From positions 54,438,001 through 54,502,000 of the forward strand of contig NW_024704742.1 of the NCBI RefSeq assembly GCF_018977255.1: a DNA stretch of 64,000 nt. Reading direction: 5' to 3'. Each line of letters starts with the position of its first letter. Position 1 is the stretch's first letter. Shown piece after piece: positions 12,109 to 26,065 of the stretch. The notes under the pieces are model-generated. The model worked only from the letters and a program-made list of their open reading frames with translations. It was not told the DNA's origin and did not search any database. The position numbers and the translations under genes are program-made. Source of the stretch: Callorhinchus milii. Its lineage: Eukaryota.

Positions 12109-12892
12109 TCAGCTTGGCTCAGTGGTAGCACTCTCGCCTCTGAGTCATAAGGTTGTGGGTTCAAGTCCCACTTCGAGACTTGGAATCTCATAAAATAACA
12201 ATAATACTAATCCTTGCATTTGATATAGCGCTTTTCACGTCTTCTAGACGTCCCAAAGCGCTTCACAGAATATACTGTAAAGTGAATTGACTGTATATTT
12301 GTGAGCGAACGCGGCAGCCAATTGCGCACAGCAATGTCCCACAATCAGTCGTAGATTAAAAATTACCAATTTATTATTGTTTTTTTTGGAAGGATTATTA
12401 TTATTATTCGTGTGGAGTAAGGAAACTTGCCCAAGGTTTGGCCCTGTCTGGAATTGAACTCAGGTCTCTCGCTTGCAAAGCGAGTGCTCTAACCACTGAG
12501 CTACAGGACTCCATAGTCTAAGATGACCCTCCAAAATGGTTCTGGGGGTGTGTTGCATTGTCAGAGATGTCGTTCTTCGGATGAGACATTAAACCAAGGT
12601 CTTGCCTGCCTGTTCAGGTAGATGTTAAAGATTCCATTGCACTATTTGAAAAGAGAACAGAGTTTCTCTCTCCTGGTGTCCTGGAGAACAATCCCTCGAA
12701 TAAAATTTGTCACACCCTCCATGGCTGTTTGTGGGACATTACTGTGCACAACTGGCTGCTGCATTTCATCCACAAAACAGTAATAAAAAAAATGCATTAC
12801 AGTAAATCCTGTGAAGTGCTTTGAGACTTCTCGATAACGTGATAAGGCACTATATCAAATATCAAAGTTTATAACAAGGTTTATTATTATTA
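12109..12892 (+). mobile_element. Deu-domain SINE (SacSINE1-like), full length, interrupted by a family A SINE
   Basis: Head CAGCTTGGCTCAGTGGTAGCACTCTCGCCTCTGAGTCA..GGTTCAAGTCCC; Deu core CTTCGGATGAGACATTAAACC..GTTAAAGATTCCATTGCACTATTTG; (ATT)n tail. Confidence 0.85.
12193..12513 (-). mobile_element. tRNA-derived SINE family A (short variant), young copy nested in a Deu SINE
   Basis: Complete tRNA-like head (anticodon arm CTCGC-TTTGCAA-GCGAG), CpGs retained, very similar to 30048-30382. Confidence 0.92.
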
Positions 12893-13024
12893 TGACTTTT
12901 TTCTCCCTCTTAACTTCCTCTTCTATCTAGATTATTTGCTTTAACCACTGATTCAGTCAGCAAGTTTCAACCAGTTTCTTTTCATTACAAGTTCATACAT
13001 CTTGACACTATCTGCATTGCCTTG

Positions 13025-13395
13025 TGGAGTCCTGTAGCTCAATGGTTAGAGCACTCGCCTTGCAAGCAAGAGACCTGGGTTTGATTTCTGGCAGGACAAA
13101 ACACTGGGCAAGTTTCCTTACTCCACACCCTTCTGTATACTGAGCAGTAAGTAGGAACTGGGTTGTTAGTCGATCACTTTTCCGAGAGTAATGATTCTTT
13201 CCAAAAAAATAATAATAATAAACTGGTCACTCAATCCACGACTGTTTGTGGGGCACTGCTGTGTGCAATTGGCTGCTGCTTTTCGCCCACAAAATATACA
13301 GTCAATTCACTTGACAGTATATTTTGTGAAGCGCTTTGAGACCTCTTGAAGTCGTGATAGGAAGCAATATCAAAGGCAAGGATTATTATTATTAT
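13025..13395 (+). mobile_element. tRNA-derived SINE family A (long variant)
   Basis: TGGAGTCCTGTAGCTCAATGGTTAGAGCACTCGCC head through (ATT)n tail; an extra tail copy lies at ~13488-13552. Confidence 0.9.
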
Positions 13396-16300
13396 TTCAT
13401 TATCTTCCTTGTTAAGTATTAATTCTCTTCCCCGCCCATGATGTTTGTTTTCTTTAGCATGACTTTCTTTCCAACACACCACAAGCAATTTGAGACGTCT
13501 AGAAGATGTAAAAAGCACCATATCAAATGCAAGGATTATTATTATTATTATTTGCCTATGACATTGGTAGAGGACTGCAATAGCTGGTAATTTAGTACCA
13601 ATAGTGGACTGGTGATGTAGTCTTCATGGGCTGGGTAACACACCTCAGTTATAGCCCGGTAAGAGTCTCAAATGTTCTCAGGTGCTGCCATGCTCAGATA
13701 ATTCTCTGTATTGCAGGAGACTCACTGCTTGAAGTAGCTTTGAAATGTGAGCACTTCTGATGTTCTCTGCATTCTTGAACCTCTTTTTCTTCCTCTCCCA
13801 TTTGTACATATCTGGCAATGGCCTCCACACTCGTTGGTCTACATCAGAAATAATACTGCACTATTCATTGTTCTCAGGATCACAAGGTTGCAGAGAGATA
13901 TGGGTGAAGGAGGCCAATAACTGATATAATCTCATTCTTCCATATTACCCACCCTATGGCATTATTATTGCAGCATCAAAACATTTTCTTATCGGTCCAG
14001 CACTCTGCTCATTACCATCTTTGTCTTTCCTACAACAACAACAACAAAACTGCATTTGTAAAGCGCCTTTCACATCAGGAGGATGTGCCAAGGCGCTTAG
14101 TAACCTGTTCTAGCTGTTAATTGTCCTCTGAGTAAAGAAATACTTCCTGGTGTCTGTCCTGACATTGCCCTTCACACCACTGACCTTGTACCCTCTTAAA
14201 GTAATGTATTTTGTTGCAAAATATTTTGTCAATCCCATTATATACCTCATTTTCTGGGTCTAAATCAACACCATTTCCACCATTCACTAAAGATCCAGCT
14301 CATAAGATAAGTATTAAAACAAAACTTTTTTTGTTATTTTGGCTTTTACAGAATCAAGTTTTTTTTATGCTAATTTAAGGAACAATAACATCTACCTTTA
14401 CAAACAATTGCACCACACTTCACCGTAAAAATCTTGACAAGTGCTTTGCGACATTTCAATAACGTGATAAGGTTCTATAACAAATGCAGATAAATATTAA
14501 ATAATTGAAGAATACTACAGCTATTACCCCATATAAGTATAGATTATTGTTTCCATATATACTAACTTTCTACATAATAGTTGAACTCAAGTTCATAATA
14601 TGGTGATTTCAAAATCACCATTAAAGGGACATCCATTTTCATTAAAAAGTGGCAACTTTTCTTGATTAGTTGACAAGCAATGTTGAGAATCACAACATGA
14701 AATATAACTTTATGTAATGAAATTATCATAAAAGTAAGACATGGCTCTTCTTCCTTTCCATAGAGAAATAAACGTCTGCTAAAAACATTTTAAGTGCCGC
14801 TTTAAAATAAAGAATCTCGTTTTTTGATAAAATTACACACCCACTCCACCCCTCCTGCTCAACCCCCATTCATATCTTACATCTTAATGGCCATTTCCTT
14901 GACACTATTTGCCTTTGAGGTATTCCTTGACACTCCGTTCTTAGTAAAACTTTTCTCTCTTTGACAGTGTCAGCAGTTTTTAATACTTATGTACAACTTC
15001 AGACTGCTCAAAATTCACTTCACTCTTCAATAGGCCAGAAAACTCCAACATCACCATTTGATCTTACTCTCCTGTAATGTGACACTATCTTCCCCTCTTG
15101 AATTAATTTAAAACATGGTTTATTCAGGCTAACCCATGGTCCACACCCTTCACCCTCTACAGCCATTGGGTTTCTGTGTCCTACAAAAGAATTGAATGGA
15201 TGTTTATTGTGAAGGACAGTACACTGCAGAGGACCCATGAATCAGATGCATCATAAATCATCCCATCGTGGAACGTCATTTACATTTTGTTGTGACTCAA
15301 CTCGCTTTCTCTCCATCTCTACATCAGTCCCATGTATCACTTCAGTGTGGCTGCTTCCCGTTTAATCATCAACCTGAACCATGTTGTCGCCCTCACCTGC
15401 TGTCCAAGGCATTGCATTCATTTGTTCTTATATGTTGGCAAGAATGATCTGCCAACTGACAAAATGTGCACACTGAGTCATTACATCAACATCCAGAAAA
15501 TAGCAGCAATATCCTGTCTGTTGAAGCAGTTTGCAATTAGCAACCTATTAAAGTTAGTGAACTCCTGTGGCCAAAATTTTTTATGAAGTTGGATTTGTTC
15601 ATCTACAAAATACACAGTCAATACACTTTACGAGAAAACCGTGTGAAGAGTTTTAAGATGTATTCTTGACATCAAGTGCAATTGTTATTTACTGTACTTA
15701 TTTATTTAAGACAACTGAAATTTAAAGTCAAACAGAATTTTGAAAAATTCTTAACACTGGACTCGATTTGAAAACCAGTTATCAGCAGTATTTTTTAAAA
15801 TTGATTGGAAAGCTTGCTTCTGGATCACAACTGAATTGAACAATTTCCTCAAATTCTGCAAGATCCTGTGCAGCAAAGTTGCACCTCACTGGAAATAGTT
15901 ACAGATTGCTGCAGAGATCATCAACAACAACAAAATTACATTTATAGAGCACCTTTCAAATCGGGAGGATGTCCCAAGGCACTGGACAGTCAGGAGTCAG
16001 GATTGGGAGCAGCAAGAAATAAGGCAGGAAGTACAAATGAGTGTAGCTGACAAATATTTGCGTTGGATTCCCTGAATGTGAATTAATTAGAATGCTGCTT
16101 CAGCGACAATGTACATTCAGTATTTTATAATTACTATTCCTATACTAAAAGGTTGCTTGGAAGCTGAATATATATATATATATATATGAACTACATACAT
16201 TATGTACTTACCAGACTACTGGGACTCTGAAGTGAGCTTCCTTGACATTGACATTTTTGCAGCTTCGTCAGCTACACAAGTGTTCTTTTGCTGATTCATC

Positions 16301-17675
16301 CTACTCAATGCACTTATGTTATTTATAACCCTTCTGGGTACATTTTGTGTAGTTGCCACCCCAGTTCATGCCAGCCTCTACTGGCTCCCGGTAGGAGCCA
16401 TAGAAATGTATAGGACAGAAGAAGGCCCTTTGGCTCTTCGTGCCTTACCTGGCTCCCTCAAGAGCAATCCTTTCAGTCCCATTTCCCCACACCCCTATAG
16501 CTGACTCTTTTTAAGATATGTGTCTAGTTGCTTCTTGTTTTTCCAAATCTGTAGGTCCAAATCCCTGACTGTCCAGTGCCTTGGGACATCCTCCTGACAT
16601 GAAAGGTGCTCTACAACTGAAATGTGATGTTGTTGTTGAAGGCCAATATGGTTCCTGCCTCAGCGATTAGTAGTAGTGTTCAGTAAGAGTATAAGTTTAC
16701 GTTGATAAATATTTGAAACAATATTCCAGATGAGATAATTAAGGCAAAAGTGTGTGAAGGGCGCTAAGTAAATGCAAGTTGTTGTTGTTGTTACTGCTGG
16801 CAGTGTTCAATGACACATAGAAAGAATCGTATCTTGATAGACCATATCAAACAACTTCACAGGTAATTACTGCCAAATGTAGCAAGTGTTGTGACTTTAT
16901 TTTATAGACAGACATTTGTGGCACCTAGGTCCCACAAACAGCCAGAAATGACAAATTAATCAGAACTATTATTGGCGAGGACACCAGGAGAATCTCCTTT
17001 CTCTTTGCTTCGATTCTGTACGTAATGAAGAATTCACTGTAAAGGACAAACAAGTCTGATGTATTGTAAATCGTGTCCACCAGTTTTCTCATGGGATCCT
17101 TAATGGTCAAATGAACAGAATTTCAGTTTAACATGTAATCCAAAAAGTAACAATTTTAACAATGCACTGCATACATTGAACTCCATTCAAGTGCAGTACT
17201 TGATTCAGTTACGAGCATAGTCATGTCTCAATAAGACAGTGATTAGAAATTTACAGCACAGAAGAAGGCATTTGGCTCATCGTGTCAAAGTCTTAACTTA
17301 TTGTTGAACTAAGGAGGGAGGGGGTCTGATTGGGGTCTCAGCAAGTGTATTAGAAATTGTAGCATTCAAGCATAACTGGGAAAAATAGCTGAATGTCCAC
17401 ACCTCAAAAAATACAGTGGCCTCTATATTTGTTTTACAACTAACAAATTAGTTTAGATTGGATTTGTATCTATATTATACGCAGGTGTTTAGTCATTCAC
17501 TTAACTATAATTTTCACCAGAGGAGGGATCTTGATGATTTAAAATTAGTCTGAAATGTATAGGCTTAGCAAAAGCGATATAAATAACACTATAGGTAAGC
17601 AGAATGCCATCACTTTATTTATCAACACCACATAGATACTTGAGCACACTTATAGTACCCAAATTAAACTAACAT

Positions 17676-17935
17676 TTTGGTGGTTAGCCGGGTGTCTGAC
17701 ACTTGAGGAAATCCATCACCAAGTTTATCAGTAATCAAACTAAACTGAGAGTTCCATTCATGCCACATATACATGGAAATTCCTGAGATATTTATTGGAA
17801 TGGAATGTGCACTCTCTTGCTGGAGAGGTGCATCCTGCTTACCTAATTACGGACAGTATTAGGTGCAGTTTGGCAAGAGCCAAAGTTTGGGAATCTCAAA
17901 GCATGTCTTTGGGTACTGTTGGAGCCTAACTAGCT
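17676..17935. mobile_element. Unclassified interspersed repeat 'family C', copy 1
   Basis: Shares GTCTGACAC..GGAAA.CCATCACCA...TTTATTGGAATGGAATG.GCACTCT...GGTGCATCCTGCT with 29757-30010 and, inverted, 40345-40598. Confidence 0.75.
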
Positions 17936-18045
17936 AAGACTACATAGCTTGTTATTGATAGCACTGTCTGCCAACCTTTCCCACTGCTGGTCCAACTAGT
18001 ACCACCCTATCCTTTAGGGTTTTAGCTTTCAGGGGAATCAGGAGT

Positions 18046-18200
18046 AATAATAATTCCTGTATTTAATATTGGCCCTTTCACATTGGGAGATGTCCCAAAG
18101 TACTTCACAGGATATACTGTCAAGTGCAAAGATTGTGTAGTTGTGATTTGCAGGTCAATATAGCAGCCAATTTGCACACAGCAACATCCTACAAACAACC
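18046..18200 (-). mobile_element. SINE 3' fragment
   Basis: Reverse SINE tail ...cagccaatttgcacacagcaacatcctacaaaca. Confidence 0.7.
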
Positions 18201-18418
18201 TTGTACAATATGTTATCATGATAATCAGTTCACTGAGAGTAGTGAATTTGGGCAGCGATTTACGCAGGAATTGTGTTGCTTTCACTTACCTAGAATTCTT
18301 AGCAAGATGAAAAGCCATCAAGTCAACCAACAACAACTTGCATTTACTTCATCCTACTTCACTCAGGATAGTATCTATCCTGTTAAGCAACATACAACAT
18401 ATCTTTAATAAATGCATG

Positions 18419-18619
18419 CATACATACATACCTACCTACCTACCTACCTACCTACCTACCTACCTACATACATACATACATACATACATACATACATACA
18501 TACATACATACATACATACATACATACATACATACATACATACATACATACATACATACATACATACATACATACATACATACATACATACATACATACA
18601 TACATACATACATACATAC
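18419..18619 (+). repeat. Compound (TACC)n/(TACA)n microsatellite
   Basis: Short TACA run, then a TACC block, then a long pure TACA run. Confidence 0.97.
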
Positions 18620-20057
18620 GGAATGATCTGACTGAACAATTGAGAGGCAGCTGAAACATTCACAATAAATGAACCATTAAAGCTCAGAATGAGTGATTTC
18701 ACTGTGCTAGCAGATTTCTGTTTACGCTGACAGGTATAAATATCCATTGAGATAAAACTTAAAATATCATAGTACAAACATGAGCATCCCGCACAATTCC
18801 ATTTGAAAGTCAAAAGCAAAATAAACCTCATACCTACCAAATGTTACTAGATGAAAAATAATTGCAAACATACAACTATGTTGCAAATATCCTTGTAACA
18901 AAACACTGCTAAAACAAGTAAAAAGATAAAATTATGGTGTCATATCACATATTGTTCAGATAATGCCTTTGTTCTTTCACATCTAGAAGAAGAATCTCTG
19001 CATAAATTGTCCTCAACAATACCAACACCAATGCAGTGTTTTTTNAATATCTCTTTGGTCTGTAAAGCTGTTCCACATTCACTCTGAATATAATCAGTTT
19101 CTGAGCTCCAGAATTCAGCATCTGAAGGGAAAGTTGCTAATATGAAAGTCTGGCAACATTGCAGACTGAGACCCTTTTAAAAAAAATGTTTTCTTCTCCA
19201 GCTCTATTAGTAAAAAGTCACATGGATTCTGGAAGAAAAATTCAAATCTGCATTGAATTTCATTAACTAGAAGCATAGGAATGTACAGGGAAATGGAAAT
19301 GTATTTTAATCAAATGGAAGGCAGGGCAAAAGCTACAGTAATAACATTAGTCAAGCATGCTATATGTTTATACCGTTTCAATATGATTCCAAATTTTGAA
19401 CTTGACATTGGGAATAGAAACAAAATTCTCCTTGAAGCTGCTCCATAAAATTATTTAAGCTTGTACGCTAAAGATTAGGGGTTGGAATAAACTCACAATC
19501 ATTCACCCACATAATTGTAAGGATTAAATGAATGCAGATGTCACTCTCCCAGTCTCCCACTAATGCCCAATCTGCTTGTTTCACATGGACGCTAAATGAT
19601 GCTATGATGCAAGGGACTATTCAAACTGAGAAAAGAGTTTCTCCAAGTGTTCGCTATGTTAATTTGTCATTCATTAACTGACTCTTTTGGGGACTGTTCT
19701 ACAAATGGCTTTTACTTACATAACAGTCATCATAGGTGCAATTGCTTGTGAAACACTTTGCAATAATTCCACATGATGACGTGTTATTCCAAATTTCTTT
19801 CTTTCTAATAATCAACTGCTGTACAATCCAACAAATAAGTATTCAGGCACATTGAATGCAATAAAAGGACAGTATTCAAGTGAAAAATATCTTTCTTAGC
19901 GCTTTTGATATCTGTGAACTGAACCCAATATGCTCTAAAATTAGTGTCAAAGAGGGGAAAAATATTTTTGGGGTGGGGAGTGTGTGAATTTTACTGCTCT
20001 TGCAACACAAAAGATAATTATTGAAACAGTAAAAATACTTATCATACTTTTTACCAA

Positions 20058-20206
20058 ATTTGGGGTTTCGGATTAATAAGTCCCTAGAAATTGCAACACA
20101 GATGGAAAAGATAATAAAGAATGTAACTGGAGTCCTGGACTTTATATCCAGAGGAATAGAGTATAAAAGCAAGGAAGTAATGTTAAATTTGTATAAAACC
20201 TTAGTT
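20058..20206 (+). mobile_element. CR1 LINE ORF2 fragment
   Basis: KNVTGVLDFISRGIEYKSKEVMLNLYKTLV matches the CR1 KKANGML.FI.RGIEYKS.EV.L.LY..LV block. Confidence 0.8.
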
Positions 20207-20339
20207 TTGGACAATGTGATCGTTGAAAGCCTAATGAAATACAATATTTTTATTCTGGCCATTCCTGTGGTTCCCATGTAAATCCCTCACTGACCCATTG
20301 TGATATATTAGTTCAACAGTGTATCATGGTTCAAGTATT

Positions 20340-20760
20340 TGTCACCTCCTAACTCGACTTTTAAATGCCTTCTTTGCTGGTCTCCCCAGCTCCACCATGC
20401 ACAGGATCCAGGTGATCCAATACCCTGACGCTCGCATAATCACCTGCACTAAACTCTGTACCTCCATCACACATTTTGCCCACAAATATACAGTCAATTC
20501 ACTTTACAGTATATTCTGTGAAGCTCTTTGAGACTTCTCGAAGACATGAAAAGCGCTATATCAACTGCAAGGATTATTATTATTATACCAGTTCTAGCCA
20601 GGCTCCACTGGCTTCCTAGCCCTGAAGACCTTCCTCTTCAACCATGCCTATGGTCACCTCCCCCTGACTCGGCACCATGCTTTTCTACTGTCAAGGATTC
20701 TGGGAGACTACCCTGTGTGAGGAGTGCTATATAAATGCAAATTGTTGTTGTTGTTATTAT
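20340..20760 (+). mobile_element. Decayed L2 3' region with a SINE tail inserted at ~20473-20586
   Basis: FAGLPSSTMHRIQVIQ..ITCTKLCTSIT[SINE]PVLARLHWLP, then a (TTG)n tail. Confidence 0.75.
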
Positions 20761-22599
20761 CATGTGCTAAATAGTCTATTGGTATTGTGATCTGTTGGAA
20801 TTATTTGATACAAATAAACTCTCGTTCCATTGAGGAAGTAGTACAGAATGAATACATTTATAGAACAAATGAGGATCATCTGATGCATGTGCAAATATTC
20901 CCTCCAGAGGAAGAAGATGCCCATTCACGAGAATGTACTGCATCAGCCTGTTAAGAGAACTGCAAACAAATATCACTAAGCTGCTCCCAAGCTACAAAAA
21001 AGGATCCACAGGGAGCAGAAGTAGTGTGATCTGATTTCACATAACAGTGATGTTAATTACTTTAAGCACATGCAATCCTATGGAAGCAAAATTAATTTGA
21101 CAGATGTTCCATCAAGTTCAGAAACAACATAAACATACACAAGTGAGAAAATAGCATGCAGATTCCCCACTGTCTTCATCCTCTTTTAGAATCCAATCTG
21201 TTTTTCATATCTCCCTCAGTCTAACCTAATATCCCCTTTGTCTTATCCCCTTATTCCTGTTAAGTAGTTTACTGATTGAAAGTTAACTGCATTAGACACT
21301 ATATTTCCTACATTTATCACTGCAGAAAAGATAGTCCTAAATTAAGATCACAGATTATTTTCTACCTAGCTATGTCCCAGCTTCTCCTATCACGGTTTTA
21401 TACTAAATTGCTGTGTATCAACTTACCAATTCTTTTTATTATTTTCAAAATTTGCATCACCCTTTCCCCTTAATATTTTTTCCCTCAGTGAGAACCAATT
21501 TAGATTCCTTCATTGGTCTTCATAGCGCAATGATCTAAGTATCAATGAGGTGGAATTAATTTTGTTCCTTTGCCATGACTCGTTTCTCTAAATGTTGATG
21601 AATGTTGTATGTACATCCTTGGAATGGGTTGTCTAAAATGGAGATTTTCATTACATTTTTTTTAATGTTCAAAAATAAGCCTTCTCAAGTTGACTATGAT
21701 AAGGCAACAGTGAAGAATATCATGTAATTGATTATTAGTATTTTTAATTGCTTTATTTCAGCAACAACAACAACAAATTACAATGGTATATCGCCTTTCA
21801 CATCGGGAGGACATCCCAAGGTTCTGGACAGTCAAGGATTTGCACCTTTTTTATGCGATGTTTAACTACCTATATTTTTGCTATATTTTAACATAGTAAG
21901 CTGCAAACTGAGATTTCTGCTATGTATAATAATGTGTGAAATTCTATGATAAAAATATCCTGGGTACAGGTAATTTATTTATTTGATGCCATTAGTGAGT
22001 GTAAATCATTCTATCCAGAGATGAATTATGCATATTGTTCTGCCAGAAATTTCTGTTTAGGAACACAGATTTATTTATCAATAATGAAAACTTGCATTTA
22101 TATTAACCTTTCATGCAAAAGAAAACAACATGAAGAGCTCTAGAAACCATAGTAGTTGATTGGAAATAATGTGAAATGTTGTTATAAAGGAAACGTGGCA
22201 GAGAATCTATACCAGTAATAACTATGAGATAAACAATTTATTTGAAGATTTGGGATGTGAAGGGAATATAAACCAAGTGAACTGGGAGGACAACAGGGGA
22301 AATCATTAAAATAAAAATAGTCAGGCAGGTCCCTTCAAGTCAATCTGAACAACAAGCAGTTGGAACCCAAAATTGATAACATCATCAAAGAATGGGATGA
22401 TCATCTGAATAGAATCTGGATATTGCCAGCTGGACCATAATATATTTGTATGTTAATAATTATATAATCCTTGCATTGGACCTTTTCATGTCGGGAGGAT
22501 TTATTTGAAAATTTGGTACCAAAGTTCTTCACAGGAATTTCACGGTAAAGTGTAGTGTAGTGACTACTTCTTCTGCATACCAACCTACTTTTTAATAGT

Positions 22600-22928
22600 T
22601 GTCAGCCCGGCTCAATTGGTAATACTCTCACCCCTGATTCAGAAGATTGTGGGTTCTTCCCGTCCCGTCTACCTGTTTAGGTGGGCGTTAAAGATCCCAA
22701 GGCACTGTTTGAAAAGAGAAGTGAATTTCTCCCGTTGTCCAAATGACAATCTTCCAAATAAAATTGGTCAATCATTTCATTGCTGTGTGGGGCCATTGCT
22801 GTGCACAAATTGGCTGCGTTCATCTACAAAATACACAGCCAGTATACTTTGCAGTGAATCTGGTGAAGCACTTTGAGATGTCTTGATGATGTGATAAGGT
22901 AATATAACAAATGCAAGGATTAGCATTA
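22600..22928 (+). mobile_element. Deu-domain SINE, internally deleted
   Basis: GTCAGCCCGGCTCAATTGGT head; CTACCTGTTTAGGTGGGCGTTAAAGATCCCAAGGCAC core; shared tail. Confidence 0.8.
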
Positions 22929-24296
22929 CCAACCAATGTGAATAGCTTTGCTTTCTGTCGCCATTTGCAAATGACCTATGTACTTCTAAGATTAAACCTT
23001 CCACTGGTTCATTAGCAAGATTTGCTTAAAAAACAAAAATGGTGCTGCTGGTAAATAACTGAACTCTCAATCAATTGCAATACAGATGGCAAAAATATCC
23101 ATGAGAAAAAATAAGGACCCCATTTCTGAGGTCCAGGGGAATAGTAATAGCCTCAGGCAATAAATCAATTAAATCATTTGATATCTGTAAGAATGCTGAC
23201 AGAACTATATTGTTAAAGGAGCAATATTTAAACTAACAATTAAAGAACGAATAGCAATTATAGTGTATTTTGTGAAGAGAGTTTGGTTAAGAGAACTCCA
23301 CCGTGAAACCCACCACATTCTGTATCTGGACAGAATCAGTCACCTGAAGCACATTAATGCAGCATTGCTGTCAAGCAGTCAGGCCACAGTGTAGATGCAA
23401 TGCTGTCAATTGTGGAGAAAGTATGCAAAGATAAAGCTGTATTACTTCCAGGAAACACAGCAACTCTGTTGTTTCTCCAGTTGTTAACTTTCAATTTAAT
23501 ATTTTACAGTTCTGCTTCAAATACAAAAAGTAGGAATAGGTTTCAAACTAATGTAATTATGCAGTAACCCAATTGGAATACTGTGGTAAGGTAAAGTCTA
23601 AATGGCCAATTTGGCTCAACGCTGACGCTTTCAGTTCAGATTAGTTTGCATTTTAAAGGATTAAGAATTATTCAGGTCACCAGAAAATGGAGTAAATTTT
23701 AAGATGAAACTTAGCTACACAACAACAACTGGCCTTTATATAGCGCCCTTATAAGATAGCATTTCAGATTACTATGAAGCTATGTAGACCAGCAAGGAGT
23801 GCATTTAAAAATCCAGGGGGTAACAAAGACATGGATACAGGTTTTGGTGGCATTTGGATTGAGGTAGGGGTGAGAGGTGGGCAACATGGCAGAAAAATAG
23901 TCTTAGTTAGGGACTCAATGTGATGGAGAAAGGAGAGCTATGGATCAAACCAGATGCCATGGTTGTGTATTGGTTTGATGAGTTGAAAGAGAGGCCTGGT
24001 TGAGGAAGTCAGAGCTGGAAGTGAGGAGATGTTGACGGTAGCTTGCAGGAAGTTGTGGTTCAATGGTTTTCTACTTGCAAATTGAGTTATATTCATTGTT
24101 TGACATCACTAGCATCACAAGATCACATGGTTTGGGGCATTTTTCTTGCCTTTGGCATAGATTGTTATTATTATTATTATTATTGTTGACTATTATCCCA
24201 CTATTCAGCAAAAATAATGATCCTGCTAACCAGCAGCCAAATAATCTAAAGATCACCAGCTCCACAGACATTGTCATTAAGAACAGTGTCATGTAG

Positions 24297-24666
24297 TGGA
24301 GTCCTATACCTTAGTGGTTATAGCACTCGCTCAGCAAGCGGGAGGACCTGGGTTTGATTCCCCAGAAGGGTGAAACATTTGGCAGGTTTCCTTACTCCAC
24401 ACATCTCTGTTTACTTATCAGGAAACAAGGAACCCGGCTGTTAGTCGATTGGTGGATCGCTTTTCCAGGGGTAATGATCCTAACAAAAAAAATTAGGTCA
24501 CTCAATCCACGATTGTTTGTGGAATGCTGCTGTGCGCAATTGGTTGGCATGTTACGCCCACAAAATATACAGTCAATTCACTTTACAGTATATTCTGTGA
24601 AACGCTTTGAGACGTGATAAGACATTATATCAAATGCAAGCATTATTATTATTATATTATTATTAT
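24297..24666 (+). mobile_element. tRNA-derived SINE family A (long variant)
   Basis: TGGAGTCCTATACCTTAGTGGTT head, GGAACCCGGCTGTTAGTCGATT segment, (ATT)n tail. Confidence 0.9.
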
Positions 24667-24821
24667 AGTGTTGTGGGAAGTTGTGCACTCAGCACATTCA
24701 GGTAATTCAGATTCAATTCGTGAGCATTGATTTCAATACCAAATTTACATCCCTAATGATGGAACAATATGATTTAAGGTTGGACACACATTTTACAGTG
24801 TTCATGTTACTTACAATATGT

Positions 24822-25232
24822 ATAATAATACTTGCATTTGATATAATGTCTTATCACATCTTTGGGATGTCTCAAATTGCAAATCACAAGAACAACAACA
24901 ACAAAATTACATTTATAGAGCACCTTTCATGTCGAGAGGACATCCCAAAGCGCTAAAGGTTTATTGTAAAGTATAGTGAATGTATATTTTGTAGGTGAAC
25001 GCAGTAGCCAATTTGCGCACAGCAATGTCCCATGAATAGTTCTGAAGGGAATGATCAACTGTGTCTGGGGGAGTGTTGGCCAGAATCCAGAGAGAGACTC
25101 CCTTTTCCTTTTAAATAATGCCTTGGGATTTTTAATGTCCATTTGAACAGGCAGACAGGATCTTGGTTCAGGGTCTCATTTACAGGGCAGCACCTCTTAA
25201 AATGCAGAGCTCCCCCAACCCTACATGAAAGT
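24822..25232 (-). mobile_element. Deu-domain SINE with an L2 tail inserted at ~24888-24955
   Basis: Reverse SINE tail, then (CAA)n L2 tail, then the SINE resumes through gggatttttaatgtccatttgaacaggcagac. Confidence 0.7.
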
Positions 25233-25345
25233 GTTACCTTACTTGCTCAAATTAAGCAAATCTACAGAGTTAAAAAAANGAGGTTTCTCACATTAAAGAC
25301 TATTGAATGGTCTTCCTCTGCAAGTTACTAAAGCTTTGCCAACCT

Positions 25346-25673
25346 GTCTACTCTAGTGGCCTGCTCCGTATCCCCCGCACTGTCCTACTATCGGCAGTTG
25401 AGCCTTCAGCCTTTCTACTCCCCACCCTCTGGAACTCCAACCCGGCGCCCCTCCACCTCTCCCCCTCCCTTGCCTCCTTCAAGGCCTGTCTTAAGACCTT
25501 CCTTTTTGACTTTGCCTTCAGCCATCTTCCCTCCTTCACCCCCCTTGCCCTCCATCCCTCTATGATCTCAACCCACAGCTCGGGTGCAAAACCCTCAATG
25601 TCCAATGCCTTAGAACATCCTCCTGATGTGAAAGGCATTATGTAAATGCAATTGTTGTTGTTGGTGGTGGTGT
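25346..25673 (+). mobile_element. L2 LINE 3' end
   Basis: SSGLLRIPR...PTLWNS.PAPL..SPSLASFKACLKTFLF; tail gtgaaaggcattatgtaaatgcaa(TTG)n. Confidence 0.9.
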
Positions 25674-26065
25674 TGAACCTTTAACTGCTGCCTACATTTA
25701 TGCTTGAGGTTAATTGGGTTACTACATAATTACATCCACTCATAGATTCATCTGGATATTTAGTAATGTCAAAATAAACTAGATTCTTTTCATTATTTAT
25801 GAGGTACAGGGTTCAGCTTAATAAACACATATTGCTATTGTAAAATATATGTTTTAAGGTTTTTTTTATTAAAGTGATTTGTTTCAAGGAAAACAATAAA
25901 GGGAAAACTTATTGCCTTAGAAGATCATTGTCTTAAAATGGAATTCACAGGAATTCTGAAATTCAGTTTTTATATGCAAACCTTTTTTTATGTTCCATCA
26001 ACTAAATGAAACCTTAATATAAGAATTTTCATCAATTCTGCACAATCTTAACTTTTTTTCACTTC

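Noticed and set aside
12440..12513. tRNA-Ala(TGC) gene
   Set aside because: The cloverleaf-like head runs directly into the SINE body in many copies; it is a SINE head, not a tRNA gene
18338..18840. HTYI/MYVC-repeat ORFs
   Set aside because: Translations of the (TACA)n microsatellite
19045..25279. Single N bases at 19045 and 25279
   Set aside because: Both follow homopolymer runs and are sequencing ambiguities; they also warn that 1-nt frameshifts in A-runs (e.g. near 37395) could be technical
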